NCBI GenBank assembly: GCA_026707445.1
Contig: JAPOWV010000008.1
Location: forward strand, 15,855-79,854
Direction of reading: 5' to 3'
Length of the DNA stretch: 64,000 nucleotides
Source: Gammaproteobacteria bacterium
GTDB lineage: Bacteria; Pseudomonadota; Gammaproteobacteria; Steroidobacterales; Foliamicaceae
In this document: piece by piece, positions 26,000 through 34,194 of the stretch
Position numbering within the stretch: position 1 is the first letter of the stretch
Layout of the letters: each line of letters begins with the position of its first letter
Made by a program: the position numbers and the translations under genes
The notes under the pieces: generated by a model
What the model saw: only the letters and a program-made list of their open reading frames with translations
Databases searched by the model: none
What the model was told of the DNA's origin: nothing

Positions 26000-26748
26000 T
26001 CCTTCTCCTCCTTCGAGTCCTCGTCGTCCCCGGCGGCGGCATCGTCGGCCGGCGCATCGCTTTCCACGGGTTCAGCGTCGGTCTGACTGTCCGCTTCCCC
26101 GGCGGGCTCATCGGCGGAAGCATCCGCTGCCTCGTCCTCTGCAGCTTCGGCTTCATCCGCGGCCTGCTCGTCCTCCACCGCTTGCGCGGGCTCCTCCGGC
26201 GCTTCAGCGGACTCTTCCGGCGCCTCAGCGGACTCTTCCGAAGAATCGGGCGCCGCATCGGCTTCCGGCTCGGCATCGGCTTCCGGCGCGTCGTCGGAAG
26301 CCGGCGCATCTTCGGCGGCCGCCTTCGCCTTGTCGTCCGACTCTCCGGCTTCCTCCCGCTTCGCGCGCCGACCGTGGGCGATTTCCTTGTCATACGGAAA
26401 CTCGCGGCTCTCGCGCGCCGCTTCCTTCTCGGCCGCCCTGGCCAGAACGGACTTGTCGGTGACCGCCTCGTCGCGGCGCACGACAAGGTGGCGCAATACG
26501 GCATCGCTGAAGTGCAGCGCGCCCACCAGTTCGTCCAGGGTGTCCTGCCCGCACTCCACGTTCATCAGCATGTAGTGCGCCTTCTGCACCTTGGCGATGG
26601 GATAGGCCAGCATGCGCCTTCCCAGGTCCTCGTTGCGATGAACCTGGCCCTCGCCGCCTTCAATGATGCCCACGTAACGATCCATCATTACGCGGGCCCG
26701 CTCACTCTGATCCGGATGGATCAGAAGCATGATTTCGTAGTGTCGCAA
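25996..26748 (-). CDS. rpsF: 30S ribosomal protein S6 (bS6) with a ~120-aa acidic C-terminal extension
   Basis: [16 protein letters not shown].. is canonical S6. Residues ~130-250 are low-complexity D/E/A/P. GAGGAG SD is present. The stop overlaps the rpsR start (ATGA). Confidence 0.95.
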   Translation of the reverse strand: MRHYEIMLLIHPDQSERARVMMDRYVGIIEGGEGQVHRNEDLGRRMLAYPIAKVQKAHYMLMNVECGQDTLDELVGALHFSDAVLRHLVVRRDEAVTDKSVLARAAEKEAARESREFPYDKEIAHGRRAKREEAGESDDKAKAAAEDAPASDDAPEADAEPEADAAPDSSEESAEAPEESAEAPEEPAQAVEDEQAADEAEAAEDEAADASADEPAGEADSQTDAEPVESDAPADDAAAGDDEDSKEEKE

Positions 26749-26797
26749 TGGAACTCCTCAACGGTCTTTGGCCGCCCGCCGGCGCGGTGCGGCTAAG

Positions 26798-26823
26798 GAG
26801 AAAACGCAGGCCGAAGCCCGCAG
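26798..26823 (-). terminator. Hairpin with UUCG loop followed by a U-tract (rnr terminator and/or rpsF leader attenuator)
   Basis: Minus-strand RNA GCGGGC-UUCG-GCCUGC then GUUUUCUCC. The stem is 26806..26811 / 26816..26821. The 26808:26819 pair is G:U on the minus strand but A:C on the plus strand. Confidence 0.4.
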
Positions 26824-26849
26824 CGTGGGGAGCGATTATACGGGAACGA

Positions 26850-28340
26850 TCAACCGGCGAGCAGATCGAGGTCAAGGTGCCCCCGCTCCTCGTCCACTCG
26901 GGCAACGCGCACGAACACTTGCTGACCCAGGGTAAAACCGTGCAGGCCCTTTGCGCCCCGCCCGTCGCGGTTGCGGCGGCCCCGCCTGGACGGCAGGCGC
27001 CAGCGCGGGATCATCCCTTTCATGCCGACCTCCGGCACCTGCACGAACAGTCCCTTGCCGCTTGCATGCGACACGAAGGCGTCGAGGGTGTCGCCGAGAC
27101 AGCTGGACAGATAGCGCAGCTTGTAGGCCTTTACCGCCATTCGCATTGCTTTCTCCGCCAGACGTTCCCTCTCCGAGCAGGCCGAACCTGTTTGAGCCAG
27201 CTCGTTTCCGCGCAGCGGCGCGGCTTCGCCCCGGCCGCCGTCGATCAGGTGCTTGATCGCGCGATGCGCCAGCAGGTCCGGGTAGCGGCGAATCGGCGAG
27301 GTGAAGTGCGTGTAGGACTTCAGCGCCAGGCCGTAGTGGCCGATATTGGCCGGCTGGTAACAGGCCTGCTGCATGCACTTGAGCGTGGCGACCGCGATGG
27401 TTTCGTACGAGGGCTGACCTCGAAGCGCCCGCAACGCCCGGTTGATCTCATCGGGATTGCGGCCGGCCGCCTCGGAAAGCGGATGCCCCGCGCCGGCAAA
27501 CAGGTGGCGGAGTTCCTCGAAACCATCCGCGTCGGGCGGCGAATGCACGCGGTACAGCGCGGGCATCCGCGCCCGGCCCAGGTACCGGGCGGTGGCGACA
27601 TTGGCGGCGATCATCAGTTCCTCGATCACCCTGTGGGCGTCGTAGCGCTCGGCCTGCTCCATCGACCGCACTTCACCGTTGGGCCCCAGGCGGACCAGGG
27701 TTTCCGGCAGGTCCACTTCCAGCGCGCCGCGGCGGCGGCGGACCATGGCCAGCAGGCGCCAGACCGCGTAGAGCCGTTCCACCGGTTCCAGCAGCGCACC
27801 CAGTTCGCGGCGCGACTTCGCGTTGCCTGCCTCGATCGCGGTGTGAACGCCCGAATACGTGAGCCTGGCGGCCGACCGCATGACGGCGCGGAAGAATCGC
27901 CAGGACTTGAGGCGTCCGCGGGCGTCGAGATGCATTTCGCAGGCCAGGCAAAGGCGGTCCACGCCCGGCTTGAGGGAGCACAGATCGTTGGAGAGCACTT
28001 CGGGAAGCATCGGCAACACCGAGCCCGGGAAATACACCGACACGCCGCGGCGGGCGGCCTCCCGGTCCAGCGGATCGGCCGGACGCACGTAATGCGAAAC
28101 GTCTGCGATCGCCACAATGACGCGCCAGCCGGCGCCGGCGGGTTCGGCGAGAACGCCGTCGTCGAAATCGCGCGCGTTGGCGCCGTCAATGGTCACCAGC
28201 GGCAGTTCCCGCAGGTCTTCCCGCTCGCCGGCGGAGGGAGGGCGCGCGGCGATTCGCTCGGCATGCCCGCGAACGCGCTCGGGCCAGAACGCCCTAAGCC
28301 CGGCTTCAGAAATTACGCGCTGTTCGATCGCCGTTGGCAT
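26850..28340 (-). CDS. rnr: RNase R/RNase II family exoribonuclease (RNB + S1 domains only)
   Basis: RNB motifs (LPLVTIDGANARDFDDGV; HYGLALKSYTHFTSPIRRYPDLLAHR) and a C-terminal S1-like segment. Only 496 aa. An in-frame stop lies 18 nt upstream of ATG 28340. Confidence 0.8.
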   Translation of the reverse strand: MPTAIEQRVISEAGLRAFWPERVRGHAERIAARPPSAGEREDLRELPLVTIDGANARDFDDGVLAEPAGAGWRVIVAIADVSHYVRPADPLDREAARRGVSVYFPGSVLPMLPEVLSNDLCSLKPGVDRLCLACEMHLDARGRLKSWRFFRAVMRSAARLTYSGVHTAIEAGNAKSRRELGALLEPVERLYAVWRLLAMVRRRRGALEVDLPETLVRLGPNGEVRSMEQAERYDAHRVIEELMIAANVATARYLGRARMPALYRVHSPPDADGFEELRHLFAGAGHPLSEAAGRNPDEINRALRALRGQPSYETIAVATLKCMQQACYQPANIGHYGLALKSYTHFTSPIRRYPDLLAHRAIKHLIDGGRGEAAPLRGNELAQTGSACSERERLAEKAMRMAVKAYKLRYLSSCLGDTLDAFVSHASGKGLFVQVPEVGMKGMIPRWRLPSRRGRRNRDGRGAKGLHGFTLGQQVFVRVARVDEERGHLDLDLLAG

Positions 28341-28361
28341 CTTCGAAAAACCGGGAAATCA

Positions 28362-28390
28362 TTGACATATGGAGCGGTAAAACGCAAAAT
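28362..28390 (+). promoter_or_regulatory. Putative sigma70 promoter for tRNA-Leu (TTGACA-N17-CAAAAT)
   Basis: Perfect -35 TTGACA at 28362..28367, a 17-nt spacer, then CAAAAT at 28385..28390 (4/6 match), about 70 nt upstream of the tRNA. Sequence match only. Confidence 0.35.
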
Positions 28391-28460
28391 TTCGGCCTGT
28401 TCCAAGCGCCTTGGCGTCCCAGCGGCAGGTAGCCGCGCCGGGTTCGCAAGGCAACATCGT

Positions 28461-28544
28461 GCCGAGGTGGCGGAATTGGCAGACGCGCTGGCTTCAGGTG
28501 CCAGTGGGGGCAACCCCGTGGAGGTTCGAGTCCTCTTCTCGGCA
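28461..28544 (+). tRNA. tRNA-Leu (anticodon CAG), long variable arm, CCA not encoded
   Basis: GCCGAGGTGGCGGAATTGGCAGACGCGCTGGCTTCAGGTGCCAG..GGAGGTTCGAGTCCTCTTCTCGGCA. The acceptor stem pairs (one G:U). The anticodon loop is TTCAGGT and the T-loop is TTCGAGT. Near-identical architecture to E. coli tRNA-Leu(CAG). Confidence 0.93.
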
Positions 28545-28570
28545 TCAATCCGCGGGGCGCCGGGCCCCGG

Positions 28571-29005
28571 ATGAGCAAGACCGATCTTGAAGTGGCGCAG
28601 GCCACTGCCCGGCTCATGTGGGCCAATGATCGCGCATCGAAGGAAATGGGCCTGGAACTCGGCGAAGTCACGCCGGGCGAGGCCTCCGTGCACCTCACCG
28701 TCAAGGCCGGCATGCTCAACAGCCACGGCGTGTGCCACGGCGGACTGATATTCGCCATGGCCGACACGGCTTTCGCCTTCGCCTGCAACAGCCTGAACCG
28801 GCGAGCGGTGACCATGCATTGCACGATCTCCTTCATCGACAGGGTCACGGCCGGAACCCGCCTCAGTGCGCATGCGTCCGGCGTGGCCGTGTACGGCCGC
28901 AACGGCATCTTCGACGTGACCGTGACGGATGATCAAGGCGTGAAAATAGCGGAGTTTCGGGGCTACAGCCGAACGATCGGAGGCGAGTGGGTCAGCGAGG
29001 GCTGA
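28571..29005 (+). CDS. paaI: PaaI-family hotdog-fold thioesterase
   Basis: 144 aa, LNSHGVCHGGLIFAMADTAFAFA motif typical of PaaI/4HBT class II thioesterases. Confidence 0.8.
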   Translation: MSKTDLEVAQATARLMWANDRASKEMGLELGEVTPGEASVHLTVKAGMLNSHGVCHGGLIFAMADTAFAFACNSLNRRAVTMHCTISFIDRVTAGTRLSAHASGVAVYGRNGIFDVTVTDDQGVKIAEFRGYSRTIGGEWVSEG

Positions 29006-29023
29006 ACCGATCCTGGCGTCGCG

Positions 29024-30337
29024 CTACGAATCGAAGGGGTGGCGGCGAACGATCGTTTCCTCGCGCGCCGGTCCGGTTGACACGATGCAGGCCTCAAGGC
29101 CCACCAGTTCTTCCAGCTTCTCGATGTAGGCGCGCGCGCCGTCGGGCAGGTCTTCCCAGCGGTCGACGCCGCGGGTGCGTCCGCTCCATCCGTCCATCTG
29201 CTCGTAGCAGGGTTCGCACTCCGCATACCGGTTCATTAGCGCCGGGCGCGTTCCGATCGCTTCGCCTTCCATCCGGTATCCCGTACAGATCCGAAGCGGA
29301 TTCACTCCGTCTAGCACATCCAGTTTGGTGATGCAGAGACTGTCGATCGAGCCCCGCTGTGCGGCCGAGCGCACCGCCACGGCGTCGAACCAGCCGCAAC
29401 GGCGCGGGCGCCCGGTGGTCGCGCCCCATTCCGCGCCCTCGCGGGCCAGGCGCTCGCCCACCTCGTCCTGCAATTCCGTTGGGAATGGTCCTTCACCCAC
29501 CCGCGTGGTGTAGGCCTTCACGACCCCCACGACCTCCTTGAGTTGCGCGAGATGGGCGCCGGTACCGGCCAAGGCCCCGGCCGCCACCGTGCTCGAGGAT
29601 GTCACATACGGATAAGTGCCGTGGTCGATATCCAGCATCACGCCCTGGGCGCCTTCGAACAGCACCGCCCCGCCCGCGGCATTCAGCCCTTCCAGGCGGG
29701 CCGCAACGTCGGCAACCAGGGGGCGCAGGTCTTCGGCCAGCGCGAGCCATTCCTCCTCTATGCGGTCGGGATCCACCGGTTCCGTCCCGTAGTAGTTCTC
29801 CAGCATGAAATTGTGCAGGTCCAGGGCCGATCCCAGCCTCCGCCGGAACGCTTCCGGCGCAAACAGTTCGCCGACGCGAACCGCCCGGCGCGCCGCCTTG
29901 TCCTCGTACGCCGGACCGATGCCGCGACCGGTCGTCCCTATCCGCCCCCGGCCGGCGTGGCGTTCACGCGCCTGGTCCAACGCAATGTGCGAGGGAAGAA
30001 TCAGCGGGCAGTCCGGACTCACGAACAGCCGGCCGGCGGGATCCACGCCGCGTCCCCTGATGGACTCAAGCTCCTTGAAGAGCTGCGGCAGATACAGCGC
30101 CACGCCGTTCCCGATCAGGCATTCCACGCGGGGGTTCAGGATTCCGCTGGGCAGCAGGTGCAGCACCAGCGTCTCGCCACCGTGAATGACCGTGTGCCCG
30201 GCGTTGTGGCCGCCCTGAAAGCGAACGACGGTGTCGCAGCGGCCGGCAATCAGGTCCACCACCTTGCCCTTGCCTTCATCGCCCCACTGGGCGCCGATCA
30301 GGACAACGCCGCGGGCGGAGGTTGAGGCATCAGGCAT
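29024..30337 (-). CDS. purA: Adenylosuccinate synthetase
   Basis: VLIGAQWGDEGKGKVVD P-loop and full-length collinearity. ATG 30337 preferred over GTG 30376. Confidence 0.97.
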   Translation of the reverse strand: MPDASTSARGVVLIGAQWGDEGKGKVVDLIAGRCDTVVRFQGGHNAGHTVIHGGETLVLHLLPSGILNPRVECLIGNGVALYLPQLFKELESIRGRGVDPAGRLFVSPDCPLILPSHIALDQARERHAGRGRIGTTGRGIGPAYEDKAARRAVRVGELFAPEAFRRRLGSALDLHNFMLENYYGTEPVDPDRIEEEWLALAEDLRPLVADVAARLEGLNAAGGAVLFEGAQGVMLDIDHGTYPYVTSSSTVAAGALAGTGAHLAQLKEVVGVVKAYTTRVGEGPFPTELQDEVGERLAREGAEWGATTGRPRRCGWFDAVAVRSAAQRGSIDSLCITKLDVLDGVNPLRICTGYRMEGEAIGTRPALMNRYAECEPCYEQMDGWSGRTRGVDRWEDLPDGARAYIEKLEELVGLEACIVSTGPAREETIVRRHPFDS

Positions 30338-30381
30338 TAGCGTGCGAGTCCGAGCGCGGGACGCCCCCGCCACCACGGGAA

Positions 30382-30501
30382 GTCTTTCTCATGCCAATCC
30401 TCTTGGGGAGCGTTGGAGCCATGGATGGCGGAACCGAGCCAGTGAGCGCCGATGACCCGGTGCTCACGGCGCCTCCCCAAGAGGATTGGCGTGAGAAAGA
30501 C
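30382..30501. repeat. 120-nt compound inverted repeat (29-bp outer stem plus 9-bp inner stem)
   Basis: 30382..30410 (GTCTTTCTCATGCCAATCCTCTTGGGGAG) pairs with 30473..30501 (CTCCCCAAGAGGATTGGCGTGAGAAAGAC): 28 Watson-Crick pairs plus 1 T:G. The inner stem 30442..30450 / 30459..30467 has 8 Watson-Crick pairs plus 1 G:T. Confidence 0.85.
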
Positions 30502-30522
30502 GAGGGATAGCGGAAGGCGGGG

Positions 30523-31392
30523 CTATTCCCTGCTTTCCGACTCGTTCAGATACCGGAAGAAATCGCTTTCGCTGTCCAGCACCAGCAGGTCGCCGCCGTT
30601 GCCGAAGGAATTGCGGTACGCGTTGATGCTGCGGTAGAAAGAATAGAACTCCCGGTCCTTGTTGTAGGCGCCGGCGTAAGTCTCGGCCGCCTTCGCGTCA
30701 CCCTCACCCCGAAGAATCTCCGCATCGCGGTAGGCCTCGGCCAGAATTACCGTGCGTTGCCGGTCGGCGTCGGCGCGAATCTGCTCGGCCGTCTCGGCCC
30801 CCTCGGCGCGCAACTCCGAGGCCACGCGGGCCCGCTCCTGGCGCATCCGCTGAAACACGGACTCGCTGACCTCATCGCGGAACTCGATGCGCTTTACGCG
30901 CACGTCCACGACATCGATCCCCAGCGTCGTGGCCGCGTTGCGCGCGTTGTTCAGCATGTCGAACATGAGTTCCCGGCGTTCCGCCGAAACCACTTCCGGT
31001 ACCGTGCGCTTGGCAAACTCGGCGCGGATGTCGTCCTTGATGATTTCCAGCAAACGCTGCTGGGCGCGAAGCTCGTTGCCGCCATCGTTGGAGGTGTAGT
31101 ACCTGCCGATTTCCACAATGCGCCACTTGACGAAGAAATCCACCAGCAGGTTCTTCTTCTCCGCGGTCAGAAAAGCTTCCTGCGGGTTGTTGATGGTAAG
31201 AATCCTGTCCGGGTAAAACTCGACGTTGTTGACGACCGGCAGCTTGAAATACAGCCCCGCATCGGCATACGTCTGAACGATCTCGCCGAAGCGGAAGCGC
31301 ACCGCGTGCTCGCGTTCATCCACCACGAACAGGCAACTGTTCACGAGGAGGACGGCCAGCACCGCCAAAGGAAACCAAGCCTTGAATTTCAT
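30523..31392 (-). CDS. hflC: Protease modulator HflC
   Basis: SPFH/band-7 domain, N-terminal TM, collinear with HflC. Start overlaps the hflK stop (ATGA). Confidence 0.95.
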   Translation of the reverse strand: MKFKAWFPLAVLAVLLVNSCLFVVDEREHAVRFRFGEIVQTYADAGLYFKLPVVNNVEFYPDRILTINNPQEAFLTAEKKNLLVDFFVKWRIVEIGRYYTSNDGGNELRAQQRLLEIIKDDIRAEFAKRTVPEVVSAERRELMFDMLNNARNAATTLGIDVVDVRVKRIEFRDEVSESVFQRMRQERARVASELRAEGAETAEQIRADADRQRTVILAEAYRDAEILRGEGDAKAAETYAGAYNKDREFYSFYRSINAYRNSFGNGGDLLVLDSESDFFRYLNESESRE

Positions 31393-32483
31393 GATCCCGA
31401 ACCTCCCCTGCGTATGCGCGCGTCTTCCATTTCCGTAACCGTGGGCTCCTGCTCGGGCAAACTGCCGGTCTGCTGTCCTGGACTTCCACGCTTCATGAGC
31501 TGGTCGACCGGCAGATACAGCAGATTGCCGCTGCCCTCGGCCTCCAGCAGGACCTTGTTGGCGCCGCCGTAGAACGCCTCCAGCGCTTCGATATAAAGGC
31601 GCTCCCGGGTCACTTCGGGCGCTTTCAGGTATTCCGCCAGCAGTTTCTCGAAGCGCTGCGCCTCACCCTCGGCGTCGGCGATGACGCGGGCCTTGTAGGC
31701 TTCCGCGTCCTGCAACCGCCGGGCCCTTTCACCGCGCGCCCTGGGGACCACGTCGTTGGCGTAGGCCTGGGCTTCGAATGCCAGCCGCTCCTTGTCCTCG
31801 CGCGCCTTGATGGCGTCCTGCACGGCCGCTTCCACCTGCTGCGGGTAGTTGGCGTCGCGCAGGTTCACCTGGGTCACGCCGATGCCCGTGCGGTAGTCGT
31901 CCAGCGTATTCTGTATCAGGTCCTCGGTGCGCTGGGCGATATCGCTGCGCCCCTCGCCCAGGATGTAATCCATCTGGTTCTTGCCGATGATTTCCCGGAT
32001 GGCGCTCTCGCTCACCTCACCGATCGTTTCTTCCGGATCGCGTACGTTGAACAGGAAATCTTCCGGATCGCTGCGCTGGTACTGAACCACCAGATCCACG
32101 ACCACGATGTTCTCGTCGGCGGTCAGCATGCGGGTCTGCTGGCTGAAGTTGTCGACCGCCGACACGTTCACCTTTTCCACCGATTCGACCGGCCAGGGAA
32201 TGTGCCAGCGCAGGCCGGCGCCGGTGGTCCGGGTATGTTCGCCGAACAGCAGCACCACCGCCCGCTCGGCTTCATCCACTCGGTAGAGGCCGGTCAGGGC
32301 CCACAGGACCACCAGGATTCCAATCGCCCAACTCAGCGTCCGCCGAAATGACCGCTTGCCTCCGCCGCCGAGTCCGCCGAAGAGCTTTTTCAGCGTATCG
32401 CGGACGACATCTTCCAGATCGGGTTGCTGGCGGCCGCCCCGATTCCATGAACCGTTACCACCGCCCGGTTCGTTCCAAGCCAT
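31389..32483 (-). CDS. hflK: Protease modulator HflK
   Basis: MAWNEPGGG.. Gly-rich N-terminus, a TM segment and an SPFH domain, in the expected position between hflX and hflC. Confidence 0.95.
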   Translation of the reverse strand: MAWNEPGGGNGSWNRGGRQQPDLEDVVRDTLKKLFGGLGGGGKRSFRRTLSWAIGILVVLWALTGLYRVDEAERAVVLLFGEHTRTTGAGLRWHIPWPVESVEKVNVSAVDNFSQQTRMLTADENIVVVDLVVQYQRSDPEDFLFNVRDPEETIGEVSESAIREIIGKNQMDYILGEGRSDIAQRTEDLIQNTLDDYRTGIGVTQVNLRDANYPQQVEAAVQDAIKAREDKERLAFEAQAYANDVVPRARGERARRLQDAEAYKARVIADAEGEAQRFEKLLAEYLKAPEVTRERLYIEALEAFYGGANKVLLEAEGSGNLLYLPVDQLMKRGSPGQQTGSLPEQEPTVTEMEDARIRRGGSGS

Positions 32484-32518
32484 ATCAGATATTCCGTGTT
32501 GTGCTCGTCAATAAGCGC

Positions 32519-33763
32519 CTAGGCCGCACCGATGTCCTCGCGGCTGGCCAGTTTTTCGTAAGCTCGGCGAGTCATTTCCAAATCCAGTGTCCAACCTCCG
32601 CCGGGCAACAATCGTTCGCGGAGTACGCGGCCGCGGCGATAGAGCAATGCCCGGAGCCTTCCCTGACCGGCGCTTAGCCGAACCGTGCGACGCAGCCGCC
32701 CCGCCGACAAACGCTGTGCAACCTTTGCAAGCAACTCTTCCACACCGGCGCCGCAGAGCGCCGAGATCCAGGCCGCGCCGCAGTCGTCATCGACCGCTTG
32801 CAGCCCTCCGGGAATTATATCCGCCTTATTGAATACGCGGAGCAGCGGCGTATCGCCCGCTCCGATCTCTTCCAGCACCCGTTCCACCTCGTCGATCCGC
32901 TCCACCTGGTCGGATGCGGAAGCGTCGATTACATGCAGGATCAGGTCCGCGGAGGCGATCTCCTCCAGGGTGGAGTTGAACGCCGCGATCAGCTCGTGGG
33001 GCAGATCGCGGATAAAGCCCACGGTGTCGGAAAGCAGGACTTCCTGACCGTGCGGGAGCGCAATCCTGCGTATCGTGGGATCAAGGGTATCGAAGGGCCG
33101 GTCGTGGGCGGTTACCGAAGCGCCGGCCAGGCGGTTGAAGAGTGTCGACTTGCCGACGTTGGTGTAGCCGGCCAGGGAAACGAGCGCGGAATCGGAACGC
33201 TTGCGGCGGGCCCTTCCCAGGCGCCGGCGCGCCATGACGCCGTCGAGCTGGGTTTCCAGGCGCCGGATTCGCTGGGACACCAGGCGGCGGTCGGTCTCCA
33301 GCTGGGTTTCGCCGGGCCCGCGCAGTCCGATACCGCCCTTTTGCCGTTCAAGATGGGTCCAGCCGCCCACCAGGCGGGTGGACAGATGCTTGAGCTGGGC
33401 CAGTTCCACCTGCAGCTTGCCTTCCCGGCTGCGCGCCCGCAGCGCGAAAATGTCGAGGATCAGGCTGGTGCGGTCCACCACCCGGCAGTTCAGCGTCCGC
33501 TCGAGGTTACGCTCCTGCGAAGGACTCAGCGCAAAGTCCACGACCAGCAACGCGGGCGCGAATTCCGCACACCGGATCCGGAGTTCTTCCAGCTTGCCGC
33601 TGCGAATCAGGGTGCGCGGATCGGGCCGGCGCAGTTGCGCGGTAACGGTGTCCGCGACCTGGGCGCCGGCCGAAGCGGCCAGCGACTCGAATTCCCACCT
33701 TCGAGCGTCATCGCCAGCGGGCACCAGCAGGATGGCCCTCTGGTCAGGCAGGTTCTCGATCAA
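32519..33763 (-). CDS. hflX: GTPase HflX
   Basis: G motifs GYTNVGKSTLFN, DTVGFI and NKAD. TTG start at 33763. Confidence 0.95.
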   Translation of the reverse strand: MIENLPDQRAILLVPAGDDARRWEFESLAASAGAQVADTVTAQLRRPDPRTLIRSGKLEELRIRCAEFAPALLVVDFALSPSQERNLERTLNCRVVDRTSLILDIFALRARSREGKLQVELAQLKHLSTRLVGGWTHLERQKGGIGLRGPGETQLETDRRLVSQRIRRLETQLDGVMARRRLGRARRKRSDSALVSLAGYTNVGKSTLFNRLAGASVTAHDRPFDTLDPTIRRIALPHGQEVLLSDTVGFIRDLPHELIAAFNSTLEEIASADLILHVIDASASDQVERIDEVERVLEEIGAGDTPLLRVFNKADIIPGGLQAVDDDCGAAWISALCGAGVEELLAKVAQRLSAGRLRRTVRLSAGQGRLRALLYRRGRVLRERLLPGGGWTLDLEMTRRAYEKLASREDIGAA

Positions 33764-33775
33764 ACGACCAAGGCC

Positions 33776-34015
33776 CTACGCCTTCTCCTCGCGCAGAATA
33801 CTGTCCAGGTCCTGCTGGCGAACGGGGACGATGGCGGATATGGCGTGCTTGTACACGATCTGGCTCACGCCATTGTGCAGCAGGATCACGAACATATCAA
33901 AGCCTCCAATCACGCCCTTGAGCTTGATTCCATTGACCAGGAACACGTAAACACGCGCCCGGCTTCGGCGAAGTGCGTTCAGGAACCGGTTCTGAAGGTC
34001 TTGGCGGGTTTCCAT
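33776..34015 (-). CDS. hfq: RNA chaperone Hfq (79 aa)
   Basis: [52 protein letters not shown] carries the Sm1/Sm2 motifs. GGAG SD precedes ATG 34015. The ORF-track extension to 34240 is spurious. Confidence 0.95.
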   Translation of the reverse strand: METRQDLQNRFLNALRRSRARVYVFLVNGIKLKGVIGGFDMFVILLHNGVSQIVYKHAISAIVPVRQQDLDSILREEKA

Positions 34016-34194
34016 GGGAGGCTCCTTGGCGGACTCCCGACGCCGGGCTCGCGAGCCGCGGCCTTCGGGGCATTGTTCTGCTGGTCGGGGCAAGAATGAT
34101 GCAAAACCCGCGCTGCGCCAATGTCGAAATTCGGCGCTTTTGACGAGTTTTTCCGCATCGCGCCATAGTGCCGTGTCAAGCTGATATTTTCGCA

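Noticed and set aside
25772-26748. Absence of priB between rpsF and rpsR.
   Set aside because: An rpsF-rpsR-rplI operon without priB is common outside Enterobacteria (for example pseudomonads), so it is not unusual.
30391-30510. 39-codon plus-strand ORF (MPILLGSVGAMDGG..EDWREKDEG) with an SD-like GGGAAG, spanning the hflC-purA palindrome.
   Set aside because: Its ends are dictated by the two arms of the inverted repeat, so the frame is probably incidental. There is no recognisable peptide family. It is kept only as an alternative within the hairpin finding.
34016-34194. Perfect TTGACA and small hairpins (GCTGAT..ATCAGC over the miaA stop; palindrome GGCTCGCGAGCC) in the 179-nt miaA-hfq spacer, as possible hfq control elements.
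   Set aside because: No acceptable -10 lies at 16-18 nt from the TTGACA. The hairpins are short and lack U-tracts. A promoter is expected here but cannot be pinned down from sequence alone.
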